NCBI RefSeq assembly: GCF_003334405.1
Contig: NZ_QOWM01000012.1
Length of the DNA: 64,000 bases
Source of the DNA: Escherichia coli
Lineage (GTDB): Bacteria > Pseudomonadota > Gammaproteobacteria > Enterobacterales > Enterobacteriaceae
Reading direction: 5' to 3' (one strand)
How positions within the stretch are numbered: position 1 is the stretch's first letter; each line of letters begins with the position of its first letter. The notes beneath the pieces were generated by a model that ran no database searches, was not told the DNA's origin, and worked only from the letters and a program-made list of their open reading frames with translations. The position numbers and the translations under genes were made by a program. This document shows, in pieces, positions 62,434 to 64,000 of this stretch.

Positions 62434-63348
62434 ATGGCTGGTTTAAGGAATAACAACAACACACAGAATGCACAGTGGGCTGATTATGTGGGTGACATTC
62501 TTCGGGGGGCTCAGCCGATAAACCAGCTAGTACCTCAGCACCCTTATCTTAACGACGTCCCACTCATTGATGAGTTAAGGCATCAGAACACTCATCATGT
62601 TATTCCCTTGACACTTGATGTTGCAAAAAAAATACTCAGCCCAATAACATCATTTGATTACATTCATTTTATCACTACACATCCTTCAGGTATAAAAGAT
62701 ACACTCGCCTGGTTAGTTAACGCGGGTAAATTAATGACTGAGTTTGATGACAATGGGAAAATTATATTTAACCTTAATGCCTTAAAGTATACAAAAGCAA
62801 GTTACTTTGAAATACTTGGAGAGAAATATATAAAAATCACAACATCCAGCCCCTGGCTTTTAGAAAAGCTCGGTAAATATATTTTCTCTTCACGAGCGCC
62901 TCAAGTTCTGGAACTCGCTATTGGCTGGCGAGGAGCTTTATCTGAATCAATAAAAGGAGTTAAGTTCTGTATCTGGTTTTCAGTAGCCTGGAGAACCATA
63001 GAATTTATTATGAGTTCAGAGCGAGATCTGGTTAATTTTCTTGGCGATTTTTCAATGGATGTGGCCAAAGCAGTTATAGCCGGTGGTGTTGCAACCGCTA
63101 TTGGAAGTCTGGCTTCTTTTGCCTGTGTTAGCTTTGGCTTTCCAGTAATTCTTGTCGGAGGAGCAATTTTACTGACAGGGATAGTGTGTACAGTTGTTTT
63201 AAATGAAATCGATGCTCAATGCCATTTATCAGAAAAATTAAAATATGCAATTAGAGATGGACTAAAACGGCAACAGGAACTTGATAAATGGAAAAGGGAA
63301 AACATGACTCCATTTATGTATGTTCTTAACACTCCACCCGTGATATGA
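62434..63348 (+). CDS. candidate Hcp-linked membrane-targeting effector (glycine-zipper C-terminal region), function unknown
   Basis: 304-aa ORF 44 nt after hcp, RBS GGAGAG; C-terminal hydrophobic segments AVIAGGVATAIGSLASFACVSFGFPVILVGGAILLTGIV with small-xxx-small spacing; AT-rich. Confidence 0.4.
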   Translation: MAGLRNNNNTQNAQWADYVGDILRGAQPINQLVPQHPYLNDVPLIDELRHQNTHHVIPLTLDVAKKILSPITSFDYIHFITTHPSGIKDTLAWLVNAGKLMTEFDDNGKIIFNLNALKYTKASYFEILGEKYIKITTSSPWLLEKLGKYIFSSRAPQVLELAIGWRGALSESIKGVKFCIWFSVAWRTIEFIMSSERDLVNFLGDFSMDVAKAVIAGGVATAIGSLASFACVSFGFPVILVGGAILLTGIVCTVVLNEIDAQCHLSEKLKYAIRDGLKRQQELDKWKRENMTPFMYVLNTPPVI

Positions 63349-63357
63349 GGATTAACC

Positions 63358-63837
63358 ATGCGTTTACATGTTAAATTAAAAGAGTTTCTTTCGATGTTTT
63401 TTATGGCCATATTATTTTTCCCTGCATTCAATGCTTCTTTGTTTTTTACCGGAGTTAAACCTCTATATTCAATAATAAAATGCTCCACGGAAATATTTTA
63501 TGATTGGAGAATGTTGATTCTGTGCTTCGGTTTCATGTCGTTTTCCTTTTTAAATATTCATGTAATTTTACTTACGATAATAAAATCATTCTTAATCAAA
63601 AAAACGAAGGTAGTCAATTTCGCCACAGACATAACAATACAGCTAACTCTTATATTTTTACTAATAGCTATCGTAATAGCACCTTTAATAGCTCCTTTTG
63701 TCACAGGATATGTCAATACTAATTATCACCCCTGCGGTAATAATACGGGAATTTTCCCAGGAGCAATCTATATTAAAAATGGCATGAAATGTAATAATGG
63801 ATATATTTCTCGCAAGGAAGATTCAGCAGTTAAATAA
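63358..63837 (+). CDS. candidate cognate immunity protein (polytopic membrane protein)
   Basis: 159-aa ORF 10 nt after previous stop, 3-4 predicted TM helices, very AT-rich. Confidence 0.4.
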   Translation: MRLHVKLKEFLSMFFMAILFFPAFNASLFFTGVKPLYSIIKCSTEIFYDWRMLILCFGFMSFSFLNIHVILLTIIKSFLIKKTKVVNFATDITIQLTLIFLLIAIVIAPLIAPFVTGYVNTNYHPCGNNTGIFPGAIYIKNGMKCNNGYISRKEDSAVK

Positions 63838-64000
63838 TTAAATATTCTAAAACAAACAGTTTTTAACTCCGGATTCCATGTCCTTTCTTGCACTGTCTTT
63901 GTCAAGAAAAATTTCTTATGCAAAGAATTTTGTATTATTGCCGCCAGAAATTCCTGGCGGCAGATATAATTTATTATTGATAGCGGTTAACCAAATCTTT

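Overview
Enterobacterial (Escherichia coli-like) chromosomal window, collinear with the K-12 gpt-pepD ... fadE-ivy-yafV region but read in the opposite orientation, with three accessory blocks. (1) 1-5185: core genes gpt (5-prime end only), pepD, a degraded rtcB-prfH module, an ERIC repeat, and the SOS operon dinB-yafNOP with its LexA box. (2) 5186-43119: an apparently intact Flag-2 lateral flagellar locus of about 40 genes (lafUTSFEDCBA, lafZ, lafW, lfgLKJIHGFEDCBA, lfgMN, lfiJIHGFE, lafK, lfiMNPQR, lfhBA), where K-12 keeps only remnants. It is studded with REP/BIME repeats and contains an embedded module (25923-30038) of a sigma-54-promoted unknown gene, a three-domain glycosyl/glycerophosphotransferase and a TagD-like cytidylyltransferase translationally coupled to lfiJ. 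This module is the strongest candidate for an undescribed system. (3) 43130-52058: core genes rayT with flanking BIMEs, yafL, dinJ-yafQ, yafK, yafJ, gmhA, fadE, ivy, yafV. (4) 52099-64000: an island with an ISAs1-family H-repeat transposase, an Rhs C-terminal fragment whose toxin tip carries an L,D-transpeptidase-like motif plus a lipoprotein immunity candidate, a rearranged type VI secretion remnant (clpV-like, VasI-like, tssM 3-prime fragment, TssA/VasL-like) and an AT-rich hcp plus candidate membrane effector and immunity pair. All calls rest on reading the six-frame translations and sequence motifs; no database search was run.
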